This document shows, one piece after another, positions 38,851 through 48,967 of a stretch of DNA of 64,000 nucleotides (position 1 is the first letter of the stretch; each line of letters starts with the position of its first letter). Position numbers and translations under genes: made by a program. Origin of the DNA: an uncultured virus (IMG/VR IMGVR_UViG_3300033076_001104) (lineage: Duplodnaviria; Heunggongvirae; Uroviricota; Caudoviricetes). A model generated the notes under the pieces. That model saw nothing but the letters and a program-made list of their open reading frames with translations, was not told the DNA's origin and made no database searches. The DNA lies in the IMG/VR virus record IMGVR_UViG_3300033076_001104. One strand, written 5' to 3'.

Positions 38851-40629
38851 TTATCCATCACATGATAAACACTCAGGGTCCATCGCTTTAGCGGCAATAT
38901 CTCCTCTTAACACCGATTCAGTTCTCATATAATAAAGTGTTTTCACCCCTTGTTTCCAAGCCTCTAAGTGAACTTGATTAATCCATTTTGGGTCTGCAGT
39001 TGCGGGAAACGCTAAATTTAATGAACACGATTGGTCGATGTATTGTTGTCTAATACCCGCTTGTCTAACTAAATCTAATTGATTAATTTCTTTAAATGTT
39101 TTGAACACTTCTTTCACCGGAAAAGTCTTTTCAATATCTTCTTCTTTTACTTCCGAACATAAAATTGGTTTTCCATCAATAAAACACCATTCGTCTAAGA
39201 AATCTAATCCTTGAATAGAACCTCCATCAGCTAAAATTTGGTCCCAAACCTCTTTCGTGTTTTTACCAATTTTACGAAGTACTCTTTCTAATTCAGGATT
39301 TTTTCTAATGAAAGTTCCCTTAGATGTTTGTTCCGTAAATACGTTCGCTGCCCATGGTTCAATACCACTACTTACGTTACCACTCAATTTAGAGTTTGAT
39401 ACCGTAGGTGCTACCGCTCTTAAGTGTGTGTTTCTGAATCCACTCTCTTTACACCATAATGGTTCACCGTATTCTTTTGCCATATCTCTACTAGCTCTTT
39501 CAGATTCAATCTTGATTTGTGAGAAAATCTTACGAGTTTCGAATTGTGCTGTTAGACCTTCAAATGGTACACCTTTTTGTTGTAAGTATGTGTGCCATCC
39601 TAATACACCTAATCCCAATGCTCTACCTCTTTCCGCTGAACGAACTGAATTTTCAAAACCTCTCATGTTCTTCGCTTTTTGTAAGAACTCCTCCAATACA
39701 CCATCTAAAAAGATTGTTGATGTGTAGATTAGGTCAGTGTCTTTCCATTCGTCATATTTTGCTAAGTTTAAAGAACTTAAACAACAAACAAATGAATGTG
39801 ATTCGTCCGTATGTAAAACAATTTCAGAACAAATGTTTGTCATGTGAACCTTTAAACCATTCTTCTTGTACATTTCAGGATTATGTTTGTTAACATTTCC
39901 TTTGTACATAATATATGGTTCACCTGTTGCCTTTCTTTTCTGAAGTAATTTACCCCATTTTCTACGAGCCTCAGCATCCCCCTCTTCTAATTTTTTCATG
40001 AACTTATCACTAACCACAACACATTGATGTAAGTTAAGTGATTGACGATTTACGTCACCTTTTGGTTCTCTAATCTCTAAGAAATCTTCAAAATCTTTGT
40101 GATCAATCTTAATATTAACCGACGCAGCCCCTCTACGAACTGAACCTTGGTTTGTTGCAAGGATAGTTGAGTCGTAGATTTTTATAAAAGGGATAACACC
40201 ATCAGATGTACCATTATTTGTGATTTTGGCACCAGCTGGTCTAATCATATTAATACCTATACCAACTCCACCTCCATGTTTTGCCAATAACATTAATTCT
40301 AAATTTTTGTTACCAATTTCATAGATACTATCACCAACATCAATTCCAAAACATGAAATAGGTAATCCTCTATCACTACCTGTATTTGAAAGTACGGGTG
40401 TTGCTAAACATAACCATCCTTTCCATATGTAATCAAAGAATTTTGTTGCTAAATGTGGTTTACCTAAACGTTGTGCAACTTTAGTGGAAACTCTCCAATA
40501 TGCATCTTTAGGTTTTTCACCAGGTAGTAAATAACCTTTTGAAATTGTTTTAACATAAATTTCTGTATTTCCCCAACTTGGGAAATCGACATCAAGCTCC
40601 CAACCGAGTTCTTCTCCGTAATTTTTCAT
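38851..40629 (-). CDS. nrdA: Ribonucleoside-diphosphate reductase class Ia alpha subunit (no ATP-cone)
   Basis: LATPVL, PISCF, GGGVG, QGSVRRGA, TNICSEI, FVCCLSS, RALGLG, APTVSNS, IDQSCSLN, KTLYY, C-terminal CLSC. Confidence 0.96.
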   Translation of the reverse strand: MKNYGEELGWELDVDFPSWGNTEIYVKTISKGYLLPGEKPKDAYWRVSTKVAQRLGKPHLATKFFDYIWKGWLCLATPVLSNTGSDRGLPISCFGIDVGDSIYEIGNKNLELMLLAKHGGGVGIGINMIRPAGAKITNNGTSDGVIPFIKIYDSTILATNQGSVRRGAASVNIKIDHKDFEDFLEIREPKGDVNRQSLNLHQCVVVSDKFMKKLEEGDAEARRKWGKLLQKRKATGEPYIMYKGNVNKHNPEMYKKNGLKVHMTNICSEIVLHTDESHSFVCCLSSLNLAKYDEWKDTDLIYTSTIFLDGVLEEFLQKAKNMRGFENSVRSAERGRALGLGVLGWHTYLQQKGVPFEGLTAQFETRKIFSQIKIESERASRDMAKEYGEPLWCKESGFRNTHLRAVAPTVSNSKLSGNVSSGIEPWAANVFTEQTSKGTFIRKNPELERVLRKIGKNTKEVWDQILADGGSIQGLDFLDEWCFIDGKPILCSEVKEEDIEKTFPVKEVFKTFKEINQLDLVRQAGIRQQYIDQSCSLNLAFPATADPKWINQVHLEAWKQGVKTLYYMRTESVLRGDIAAKAMDPECLSCDG

Positions 40630-40651
40630 AATAATAAAATGTTTTCTTTAA

Positions 40652-41647
40652 TTAAAAAATGTCATCCCAATTTTCACCTTCACCCGCCTTACTATAATCA
40701 GTAGGTCTCAGAGCGAAGAAATCGGTGTGGGTTAATCCACCTGTAAGATGATAAAACCAGTCAAGTTCTGATGCCTTCTTTTCATTATATTTGAAGGTAC
40801 CCTCATAACCCAATTCGACCAATTTTTCATTGATTCTTTTACTGATAAATTCTTTTAAGTCACTTGCTTTTAAATTTTCAAGATCACCCATTTCGAATAT
40901 TTTATCAATAAATTTGTATTCTAATTCTTGAATTAATGTTGCCGCTTTATAGATGTCTTCTTTCGCTTCATCTAATAATTCAGGAAATTCTAAACACATG
41001 TGTCTAAATAATTGACAACCCATTTTTGAATGTAGTGATTCATCTCTTACACTCCATTTCATTTGTTGTCCGATACCTTTTAATAAGTTTCTCATTTGGA
41101 ATGAGTATAGAACCGCAAATGAAGAATATAATGCGACTCCCTCAGCAAATGCTGAAAAGATTGCTAATGAACGAGCCACTTCAATTCTAGCCTTATGATT
41201 TGTTTTTAAATCTTCAGGTGTCCAATCTGCAGTAGTATTAGTTAACAATTCAAATCTTTCTTTCATTGTTTCATCATGTAAGAAACCTTCGAAATTTTCT
41301 AACCCTAACGTTTCATTTAAATATGAATACGCAATTGAGTGAATTGTTTCTTGTGAACCGAATGCCATTGCCATTTGTCTGATTTCATGTTTTGGAAACC
41401 ATTTGGTCACCATTCCTGTCCAATAATCAGATACCGCACATTCTGTTTGGGCGAAACCCAAAAGAATATTACCCACTAAATGTTTTTCCGAATCATTTAA
41501 ATTTTCATTCCAATCTTTAACATCACCTTGCATCGGAATTTCGGTGTGTAACCAAAACGCTTGCATTTGTTTTAACCAACCTTCATTATAATACTCAGGA
41601 TATTCAAACGGTTTAAACGGTATTCTTTCTGTGAACAACTTACTCAT
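40652..41647 (-). CDS. nrdB: Ribonucleoside-diphosphate reductase class Ia beta subunit
   Basis: FW..EI, QETIHSIAY (Fe ligands and radical Tyr), EGVALYSSF, RDESLH, DFF..RPTDY. Confidence 0.96.
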   Translation of the reverse strand: MSKLFTERIPFKPFEYPEYYNEGWLKQMQAFWLHTEIPMQGDVKDWNENLNDSEKHLVGNILLGFAQTECAVSDYWTGMVTKWFPKHEIRQMAMAFGSQETIHSIAYSYLNETLGLENFEGFLHDETMKERFELLTNTTADWTPEDLKTNHKARIEVARSLAIFSAFAEGVALYSSFAVLYSFQMRNLLKGIGQQMKWSVRDESLHSKMGCQLFRHMCLEFPELLDEAKEDIYKAATLIQELEYKFIDKIFEMGDLENLKASDLKEFISKRINEKLVELGYEGTFKYNEKKASELDWFYHLTGGLTHTDFFALRPTDYSKAGEGENWDDIF

Positions 41648-41655
41648 ATTCTATA

Positions 41656-43050
41656 TTAATTTTGTGTTTTTACTCTTCTTTCTTGTGCCTTTTTAAATAC
41701 TTCTGCCGCTCTGTTAGCTCTTTTTTCTTCTTGTTGATGTTCATGTCCTAACAAAGTATTTTGTGATTCAGTATCGATAACAAGAAATTGGTTATCAAAT
41801 TTACAATTTTGCCAAATTATACCATCTTTACCAACACGAGATTTCAATAACGTTAATGTTGCTAAATTGTTTTCTTTTTGTTCTAACGTTTTACCGATTG
41901 ACAAAATAATGTGTGCAATTTGTGCCTTTTTAATCGAACCACCCATTTGATCTCCTGTAACAACTTCAGATGAAATTGATTCACGATTACCTTGTGTTGC
42001 GGTCCAAATTGCCATGTCAAATTCAGAAGTCATCGCTTCTAAACTTCTCATGATGGAACCTTCTCCTTTCCATTCTTCACCATTCACACTTCTTTCAGGT
42101 GAAATACAATCAACATAATCGATGATTAATAAATCAGGTTTAAATCCTTCAGAAATCATTTTTCTGATTTTTGATTTAATACTTGAAATTGTAATGTTAT
42201 CACTTGGTAATTTAGACAACTTCAAGGACCCCGTTGACCTTTCTTGTTGTTCTCTAACCAAAGTCATAACCTCTTCTTTATGTTCTGGTTGTTCATCTGG
42301 TGCAACACCTGACCAAATAGTGTAGTGTTTTCTTTTAATTTGACCTTCATTATCTTCAAAAAAGATTTGAAGTACATTGAAACCGTCGTTGTACGCGGTA
42401 TTTGCAAATTTTGTTAGGATAGTTGTTTTACCTGTTCCTGTTGGTGCTAAAACAACACCTAATTCACCTCTACCTAAACCACCTTTCAATACGTTATCCA
42501 AACCAACGATACCTGTTCTAATAGGTAAACGATAATCTTTTTCTAACGCGTCGTCCATATTGTGGAATACATCGACAACCATATCATCTATGATACCAAC
42601 TTGTAACGCCTTTTGAATGATTTCTTCAATCTTGTTGTAAGACTCAAATTCACCGTTCTCAATAATTGAATTGATGTTTTTAAGTTCCTTTTTTAAATTC
42701 TGTTGTTTACAGAAATTTAACGCTTTGTCTTTAACAAACTCGTTATTTTTTTCAAGATTCTTAACCGATTCCAACGTATCAATATGTGGTCGATTTCTAT
42801 TAGCATCTTTGTTACCATCTTCAGATATGATTTTCTGTGCTAATGTATCATAATTTGGTATTTTACCGTATGCTTTATGGAGCTCTTTAATGTTCTCCAT
42901 AATGAATTTAAAGGAATTGTTATCAAAATATTTGCTCTCTAGAACATCAACAATCGTGTCTCCAAATTTTTTATCTTCAATAATTGATTTTATAAGTTGT
43001 TGTTGAAAGGTGTGACCTAGATACCCAAAATTTTTCTCTTCTAATGACAT
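41656..43050 (-). CDS. dnaB: Replicative DNA helicase (DnaB / T4 gp41-like)
   Basis: TGIVGLD..L.GGL..GEL, Walker A APTGTGKT, LIIDYVD, WTATQGNR, LKSR. Confidence 0.92.
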   Translation of the reverse strand: MSLEEKNFGYLGHTFQQQLIKSIIEDKKFGDTIVDVLESKYFDNNSFKFIMENIKELHKAYGKIPNYDTLAQKIISEDGNKDANRNRPHIDTLESVKNLEKNNEFVKDKALNFCKQQNLKKELKNINSIIENGEFESYNKIEEIIQKALQVGIIDDMVVDVFHNMDDALEKDYRLPIRTGIVGLDNVLKGGLGRGELGVVLAPTGTGKTTILTKFANTAYNDGFNVLQIFFEDNEGQIKRKHYTIWSGVAPDEQPEHKEEVMTLVREQQERSTGSLKLSKLPSDNITISSIKSKIRKMISEGFKPDLLIIDYVDCISPERSVNGEEWKGEGSIMRSLEAMTSEFDMAIWTATQGNRESISSEVVTGDQMGGSIKKAQIAHIILSIGKTLEQKENNLATLTLLKSRVGKDGIIWQNCKFDNQFLVIDTESQNTLLGHEHQQEEKRANRAAEVFKKAQERRVKTQN

Positions 43051-43064
43051 ATAATTTATTTTTT

Positions 43065-43511
43065 TTATAATTGATAATTCAAATACGTGGTTTCCAAATC
43101 TTTCGTTGACAAGATGTCAGTTAAATCTGACAATATACGTTTAAGTTTTGGACGAATATCTACCGTATATCTAACCTTAGGATGGTAGTAATATGCCGGA
43201 AATATTCTTGAAATAAATACATTGTCATCCAACTTAAGTTCGATTAAAAATTCCTCTTTTTCATTTTCTTCTTGATCTTCCACACTAGCTAAATTCAAAA
43301 AATAATTTTGATTTTCGCATAGATAATCGGAAGTTTTCATTTTCAAATCTTCACTAATTTCGTCAGAAATATTTTGAATATAATAGTGAAGATCCATTGA
43401 TCGTCTCGATTGAGGAACATGGTTTTTTACATTAAAAAAACGCTGACAAACGATATTGCCGTCTAACGTTAACAAAAATTCAAATTTTGTGATTTCTTGT
43501 TGATTACTCAT
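43065..43511 (-). CDS. Hypothetical protein in the replication operon
   Basis: 148-aa ORF coupled to flanking replication genes. Confidence 0.7.
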   Translation of the reverse strand: MSNQQEITKFEFLLTLDGNIVCQRFFNVKNHVPQSRRSMDLHYYIQNISDEISEDLKMKTSDYLCENQNYFLNLASVEDQEENEKEEFLIELKLDDNVFISRIFPAYYYHPKVRYTVDIRPKLKRILSDLTDILSTKDLETTYLNYQL

Positions 43512-44526
43512 AATTCTTAATTTTAATTGTTTTTTTTTTATTTTTTTCTTTTCTAGTTAATCTTAGGAATGGATTTAGAAAATTAGTCCATTTATCGTCC
43601 GATTTTGGTAGTAGAGTGAAGATTCCATCTTCGGTCATCATCTTCATCATATTCTTGTATGAACGACCTTCAGGATCAAGTGTATCGTTAATTAACGAGT
43701 CAATTGTTTCTTTCGCAATATCGGTTAGAAATGGTTCTTCTAAACTAACTATTTTTTTATTGATTTCGAAAAATTCGTCTCCGAATATTCCATGTTTTGT
43801 GACTCCCGTTAAAATGTTTTTGTATAACCAATTATTTTTATCATTTTCTAACAATAAATTAGTTCTTTCAATAACATCCTCAACTTTTACAGGTTGGGTT
43901 CTAATTTCAGGGAAAAGGGTAAGTAATCTCTTTAAACCCATATTTTTAATGCCTGAGATATTATCAGATGGGTCTCCACATAACATTTTAACTAATTTGA
44001 CATTATCAATATGGATTGGTTCGTGACTGTAAACGATAATATCATTTGCAGAATATAACTTCCTATGAGATGGGTTGTAGATTTGTGTGTTTTCTGAAAC
44101 TAATTGTGTTAAATCTCCATCTGAAGAATAAACAATTTTAGTTTCATTATTTGAGTTTTGTACGTAGTATGCAATACAATCATCGGTTTCACAGTTTTCA
44201 AACTCACCTTGTCTAACATAAAGTTCTTCAAGATATTGTTTAATTCTATTTCTTTGGTAATTGTAGTTATCTACTTCCTCCTCGGTTTTAATTCTACCTC
44301 GTCTGTTTTCTTTATAAAGATGATAGATTTGTCGTCTTTGGGATGAACCGTTTTCACCATCCCAAAAAACAACAATCTTATCTAAATGGTAAATCTCAAA
44401 CGTTCTTCTAAGAGTATCAATAAAATGGTAAATTCCTCCAATGTGTTTGCCCTTATAGAAATGATTCTTAAGACCATAGAAACCAATCGTGAGTAAATTG
44501 TCACCATCAACTAATAAAACAGACAT
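43504..44526 (-). CDS. 5'-3' exonuclease / flap endonuclease (T4 RNase H / PolA N-terminal-like)
   Basis: LLVDGDNL, VFWDG, YKENR, ETDDCIA, SSDGDL.QL, LCGD.SDNI.GIK.MGLK. Confidence 0.92.
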   Translation of the reverse strand: MSVLLVDGDNLLTIGFYGLKNHFYKGKHIGGIYHFIDTLRRTFEIYHLDKIVVFWDGENGSSQRRQIYHLYKENRRGRIKTEEEVDNYNYQRNRIKQYLEELYVRQGEFENCETDDCIAYYVQNSNNETKIVYSSDGDLTQLVSENTQIYNPSHRKLYSANDIIVYSHEPIHIDNVKLVKMLCGDPSDNISGIKNMGLKRLLTLFPEIRTQPVKVEDVIERTNLLLENDKNNWLYKNILTGVTKHGIFGDEFFEINKKIVSLEEPFLTDIAKETIDSLINDTLDPEGRSYKNMMKMMTEDGIFTLLPKSDDKWTNFLNPFLRLTRKEKNKKKTIKIKNYE

Positions 44527-44543
44527 TTAAATTTATTATAGAA

Positions 44544-45515
44544 TTATTCTTCCTCTGTTACAACTTGTGTATCTGCGATGTCTGTAACATTAACACCTAA
44601 TTGTCTACCGATATATTCACCGTTATCACGTTTGTATTCTTCGATAGAACGTTTTTCTTCAGTATCGTCTTTACCATGCATAAATCCTTGTGGGGTTACC
44701 AAGATACGACCATCCTCATATCCACCACCATTGATGTGGTTCTTACTGATTGAGATTTTAGTACGTGTAGCGATTCTGATTTTTCTCTTATCTTTAGTGA
44801 TTGAGATTTTAGTAGTTCCTGCACCTTTTTGGTTACCGAATAAGAATACTAACGATGAGTTTAACCAAATGGCTTCACCACCTTTAGCTTTGATTTTTGG
44901 TTGTCCAAAAGGATTGTCAGGTAATTCTACCCAAGGTTGGTTTACAATAACTAAACTGTTAGTGTAAGGTTTATCTGTTCTTCTTGAACCTGAAATACGT
45001 TGGTTGATACCCATACCAATTTTGTCAGCTAAAACTGATGCGTTGTGTTGTTTACCACCTTTACCATCGTAAGTCATTTTACATGGAACTGAACCAACCG
45101 AATCCCATAGGAATAATAAATCGTAAGGAATGTCACCTTTTTCTTGTGCGTCCATTAATTCATTGATATAATCTGTGATTTGTTCAATGTATTCGAAGTC
45201 ACTATTGAAAAGATATTCACCGTCTTTATCAAATCCCATTAATTCTGCGTGTTCCCAACTCCATTTTTGTTCAGTAATAATGAACACGGGAAGGATTCCC
45301 TTTTTCTGTGCGTCCACCGCAGTTTTTACTAATGCCGTCGTTTTACCCGTATCACTATGTCCTAATAACATATTGATATGTCCCATTGCTGGACCCGGAA
45401 TACCCGTGGCTTCCAAGAAAGCATCTCCTAAATCAAAGAAACGGTCAGGTTTATATTCCGCTTCTTTGGAGAATTTCTTCTTTATTGCACTAAAATCAGT
45501 TTTCTTAATTGCCAT
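44544..45515 (-). CDS. recA: RecA/UvsX-like recombinase
   Basis: Walker A GHSDTGKT, FLWDSVG, IVNQ, KGGEAI. Confidence 0.88.
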   Translation of the reverse strand: MAIKKTDFSAIKKKFSKEAEYKPDRFFDLGDAFLEATGIPGPAMGHINMLLGHSDTGKTTALVKTAVDAQKKGILPVFIITEQKWSWEHAELMGFDKDGEYLFNSDFEYIEQITDYINELMDAQEKGDIPYDLLFLWDSVGSVPCKMTYDGKGGKQHNASVLADKIGMGINQRISGSRRTDKPYTNSLVIVNQPWVELPDNPFGQPKIKAKGGEAIWLNSSLVFLFGNQKGAGTTKISITKDKRKIRIATRTKISISKNHINGGGYEDGRILVTPQGFMHGKDDTEEKRSIEEYKRDNGEYIGRQLGVNVTDIADTQVVTEEE

Positions 45516-45529
45516 AGTTTTCTTTTTTG

Positions 45530-45569
45530 TAAAAACTTGGACACCTCGTCTAAGTAGATGTCCAAGTTT
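45530..45569 (-). terminator. Long hairpin (terminator or processing site) between the SSB and recA genes
   Basis: Minus strand AAACTTGGACATCT-N9-AGGTGTCCAAGTTT followed by TT. Confidence 0.55.
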
Positions 45570-45581
45570 GTTTGGTTAATA

Positions 45582-46436
45582 TTAGAATGGTAAATCCTCG
45601 TCAACCTCATCCTCATCCTGAGGGTCAACAACAGGTGTTGACGCTTTAGGTGCTGAAATTGTTTCTTCTGATTGTGAATCCAATTGAGAAGAAGAAATCC
45701 ATTTACTACTTTCAGTACTCCATTTTGGTACTTCTCCGTTAGCAACGATTTCAAGATAATCTTCACCTTTTTTAGAATAAACATCTGACCAAGTTAATTC
45801 ATCATTAATCCACTCTTGTGCTTTATCTGCATCTTCGTGTAATGGACCTTGGTCTTCGGGAATAACCGAATTGATTGTTGTGTATTCTTTACCGGTTCCC
45901 GCTTTAGTTAATGCTAAAGATAGAATCAAATCACGACCTTTTTCAAGATCTGTAACATCTCCTTTGTTTTTAAAGATTGGGAAAATTTTATCTAACACAC
46001 CATCTCCTTTTGCGTTGTGTTTAAATCTCCAAAATTTAACACCATCTTGTTCGTTATCGCGGTCGATAACTTTAACAATGTAAAATTTACGAGAACGATA
46101 TTGTCTTGCTAATTCTTTATCCGACTCAACACCAGTTTGTAACAAACTTTGATAAACTTCATTCAATGGTGAACGTTTACCTTCTTGTTTTGGGTCATAA
46201 AGTTTCATCCATTTACCATCCACTTGAACTTCGTGGAAATAAACTTCTACGAAAGGTGAACTTCCGTCTTTAGTAGGAAGAATACGAATTCTTCTTTCTT
46301 CACCTCGTGAACCCTTAGGTAACACGGTTGTGAAGTACTTTTTCATTCTATCCTCTTGGGATACTTTGTTTGCGTTGCCACTTGTGGCCTGTTTGCTTTG
46401 TTCGTACTGTTTAAGTACTGCATCAAATGTTGACAT
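45582..46436 (-). CDS. Single-stranded DNA-binding protein (T4 gp32-like)
   Basis: IRILP, FVEVYFH, YIVKVIDR, VKFWRF, D...GRDL, acidic tail ending DEDLPF. Confidence 0.85.
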   Translation of the reverse strand: MSTFDAVLKQYEQSKQATSGNANKVSQEDRMKKYFTTVLPKGSRGEERRIRILPTKDGSSPFVEVYFHEVQVDGKWMKLYDPKQEGKRSPLNEVYQSLLQTGVESDKELARQYRSRKFYIVKVIDRDNEQDGVKFWRFKHNAKGDGVLDKIFPIFKNKGDVTDLEKGRDLILSLALTKAGTGKEYTTINSVIPEDQGPLHEDADKAQEWINDELTWSDVYSKKGEDYLEIVANGEVPKWSTESSKWISSSQLDSQSEETISAPKASTPVVDPQDEDEVDEDLPF

Positions 46437-46542
46437 AATAGTTAAAATTTAAATTAAGTAATAAATCTCTTGTATATAAAATATAAATAAAAAAACCCGA
46501 ATTACAAAATCCGGGTTAAATTATTTTTTATGTATTTTAGAA

Positions 46543-46806
46543 TTATTTTATAACTATATTATATTCTAATCCGTGTGAAATACCGAGTACTTCGTTGTTA
46601 TCACTTTTTTCTCTATTCCCTTTGAATAGTTTTTCCTCAATAACGGTAACATTTGGTGGAAAACCGTACCATTCTTTACATTTTTCTTTTAATTCTCCGA
46701 CGGTTAAATCTTTATCTGACTTAATATTGTTCGATGAATTGTTTTTAACCAATCTATTTTTTTCATTTTCTCCTTGGAAAACTACTATTTGTACCGAATA
46801 ATTCAT
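46543..46806 (-). CDS. Ubiquitin-like (beta-grasp) small protein, no C-terminal Gly-Gly
   Basis: DLTVGELKEKCKEWYGFPP...KLFKG...GISHG...IVI parallels ubiquitin DTIENVKAKIQDKEGIPP...RLIFAG...NIQKE...LVL. Confidence 0.55.
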   Translation of the reverse strand: MNYSVQIVVFQGENEKNRLVKNNSSNNIKSDKDLTVGELKEKCKEWYGFPPNVTVIEEKLFKGNREKSDNNEVLGISHGLEYNIVIK

Positions 46807-46834
46807 TTTATATATGTATTTTTAATTTAATTTA

Positions 46835-48955
46835 TTAATCCCACCAAACAATGTCATCAAATGAGTAGTTAGTACTATAATTTGACATATCAAATGATTG
46901 GTGTGAATTATTGGTGAATAAATGATATCTCACCATTTCACCTGATAAATCGGTATATTGTGAAAACCAATATCTATTTTCTGCCGAGTTTATACCTTCC
47001 GCCCAATTTGAAATTCCAGTATCCAAAGAATTAACTTCAACTCCACTAAAATTATACGCCTTTGCTGTTAATTCATTTGTTGATGGTTTCATATAAAGAT
47101 AAACAAAATAATCTTTCATTACTTGAAGATCGTAATAATTGTTATTTGTTGGTAATGATATGTTATCGACAAATGTCGTATCTGTGATTACAGTACATTT
47201 ATTTTCTGTTGGGTAATGAATAACAATGTTGTTTTTCATTACGTTGTCAGAATTATAGTACCAAGTTTCATCATAAATATTTGTTGGTAACCCACTACTT
47301 AAAATTTGGAAACCATTACTTGTTGAATTGAAATAACGATAAGTATCATCAAAATTATTGTAAATTATATATATATTGTAGTAACTATAATCATTCCAAT
47401 AATTTCTGTCTTCAAATTGATACACATCAAACAGGCTATTATCATATTTTAAACAATACACATTAAGTTCGTCATAATTACCATTAAATGTTTGAATTTT
47501 ATATCCATAAAAATCTCCGATAGATCTATTCCATCCCGCATCAGTTAAATCCGAAAATAATATACCACTACTTCTAACTTCGTTCCCTGTTGAATTAATT
47601 AATTTAAATTTAACATAACCGTCAACATCAACAAATGGTATGAACATATTTCTTGAAATCATACTTTGATCAATCGATATATACTTATCTTGTAAACCAC
47701 TGTCTTGTAAGACTTCTAAATTTGAAGTTGTTTTACTAGCCTCAATGTAATATAAATCACAATATGATACATTGTAAAAATTACCTCCTACATTACTATA
47801 TGAATTATCATAAAAATAAACGTAGAAATTCGAAGAATTATAATCGTTACTATACATACCTAACGAATCACAATACGTATTCCAGTTTTGGTATTCGGAC
47901 CCTCTAGCGTGTGTCTCATTTATTAGTGTACCATTCCCTTTTAAATAACTGATGATTCTATATTGAACATTACTATCATAAGAATATAATATAACATTAA
48001 AGTTACTGTTACCAAACATATTAACATCTCTGTTATAATAATTGTCTCCTGAAACATCTATTGTTTCAAGTACTGTTCCTTGTTCATCGTATATTTTATA
48101 TTCAAGTATTTTATCGGTACCATTTTCATATTTTTCCACAACAATTATGTTCATATAAACATAAGCATTATGATAATGATAATTTAAATCAAACACATCT
48201 AATTCCACCATAGTGGCGTCAGATTTAACTAATCTGATTGAATCTGTATTGGCATTACCATCAAAAAACGTGTATTGAAACGACCCACCGTTTGATGCAC
48301 CATCCCAATCCCAATCAATATAAATGTCTTGAGTATTCCACGGTTCATATGTTACCGAATATGTATCTACTCCGTTGAATGCTCTAAATGTTCCGTTATT
48401 GTTATCCTTATAATAAACCCATTGACCATTTAAATCGTCATAGTCATAATTAGTTGATCCTGTATATGTATTGACAATTGTTCCTGTTGAATCAATACAA
48501 ACCATTTGAATGTCAGAACCACCAAAAAATGCAACGTAACCTTTGTTTTGTAATGGGTATAAGTTCCATAAACCATAATCCGCAACATTTATTCCCGTAT
48601 CAACTAAACCAACAACTTGTCCATTTACATAATCAAATAATGCAAAGAACCATCTAGCACCTCCGTAGACGTCAGATGAAAAATGTATTGATGTTTGATT
48701 TGGGATGTATGGAGTTTGAATTGGGTCCCAATGAATTATATAGTCGGGGAAAGTGCCCATGTCGGTTGTTTTCTTTGTTACCCTATAACCATAAACATCT
48801 TTTAAATTAGTCATCATACTGTCATTCATGTGACGACCTGAAACCCATATTTGATATAAACCTTCTTCTGTTGCTCCCGAAATTAATCCTCCTATATAAT
48901 CTAAAGAACCTGTGGCAGCGTTTGATAATGTTAGTGCTTGTGAACCTGAAATCAT
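46835..48955 (-). CDS. Hypothetical beta-rich (Tyr/Asn/Asp-rich) protein, possibly virion-associated
   Basis: 706-aa ORF with repetitive beta-strand composition. Confidence 0.5.
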   Translation of the reverse strand: MISGSQALTLSNAATGSLDYIGGLISGATEEGLYQIWVSGRHMNDSMMTNLKDVYGYRVTKKTTDMGTFPDYIIHWDPIQTPYIPNQTSIHFSSDVYGGARWFFALFDYVNGQVVGLVDTGINVADYGLWNLYPLQNKGYVAFFGGSDIQMVCIDSTGTIVNTYTGSTNYDYDDLNGQWVYYKDNNNGTFRAFNGVDTYSVTYEPWNTQDIYIDWDWDGASNGGSFQYTFFDGNANTDSIRLVKSDATMVELDVFDLNYHYHNAYVYMNIIVVEKYENGTDKILEYKIYDEQGTVLETIDVSGDNYYNRDVNMFGNSNFNVILYSYDSNVQYRIISYLKGNGTLINETHARGSEYQNWNTYCDSLGMYSNDYNSSNFYVYFYDNSYSNVGGNFYNVSYCDLYYIEASKTTSNLEVLQDSGLQDKYISIDQSMISRNMFIPFVDVDGYVKFKLINSTGNEVRSSGILFSDLTDAGWNRSIGDFYGYKIQTFNGNYDELNVYCLKYDNSLFDVYQFEDRNYWNDYSYYNIYIIYNNFDDTYRYFNSTSNGFQILSSGLPTNIYDETWYYNSDNVMKNNIVIHYPTENKCTVITDTTFVDNISLPTNNNYYDLQVMKDYFVYLYMKPSTNELTAKAYNFSGVEVNSLDTGISNWAEGINSAENRYWFSQYTDLSGEMVRYHLFTNNSHQSFDMSNYSTNYSFDDIVWWD

Positions 48956-48967
48956 TTTTTTGTGTTT

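Noticed and set aside
38851..43050. Inteins or introns in nrdA, nrdB or the helicase
   Set aside because: All three ORFs are continuous and of ordinary length, with no Hint or homing-endonuclease insert visible.
45482..45784. 100-aa minus-strand ORF overlapping the SSB end and recA start
   Set aside because: It is an alternative-frame overlap of two well-supported genes that runs through a hairpin, with no recognisable motifs.
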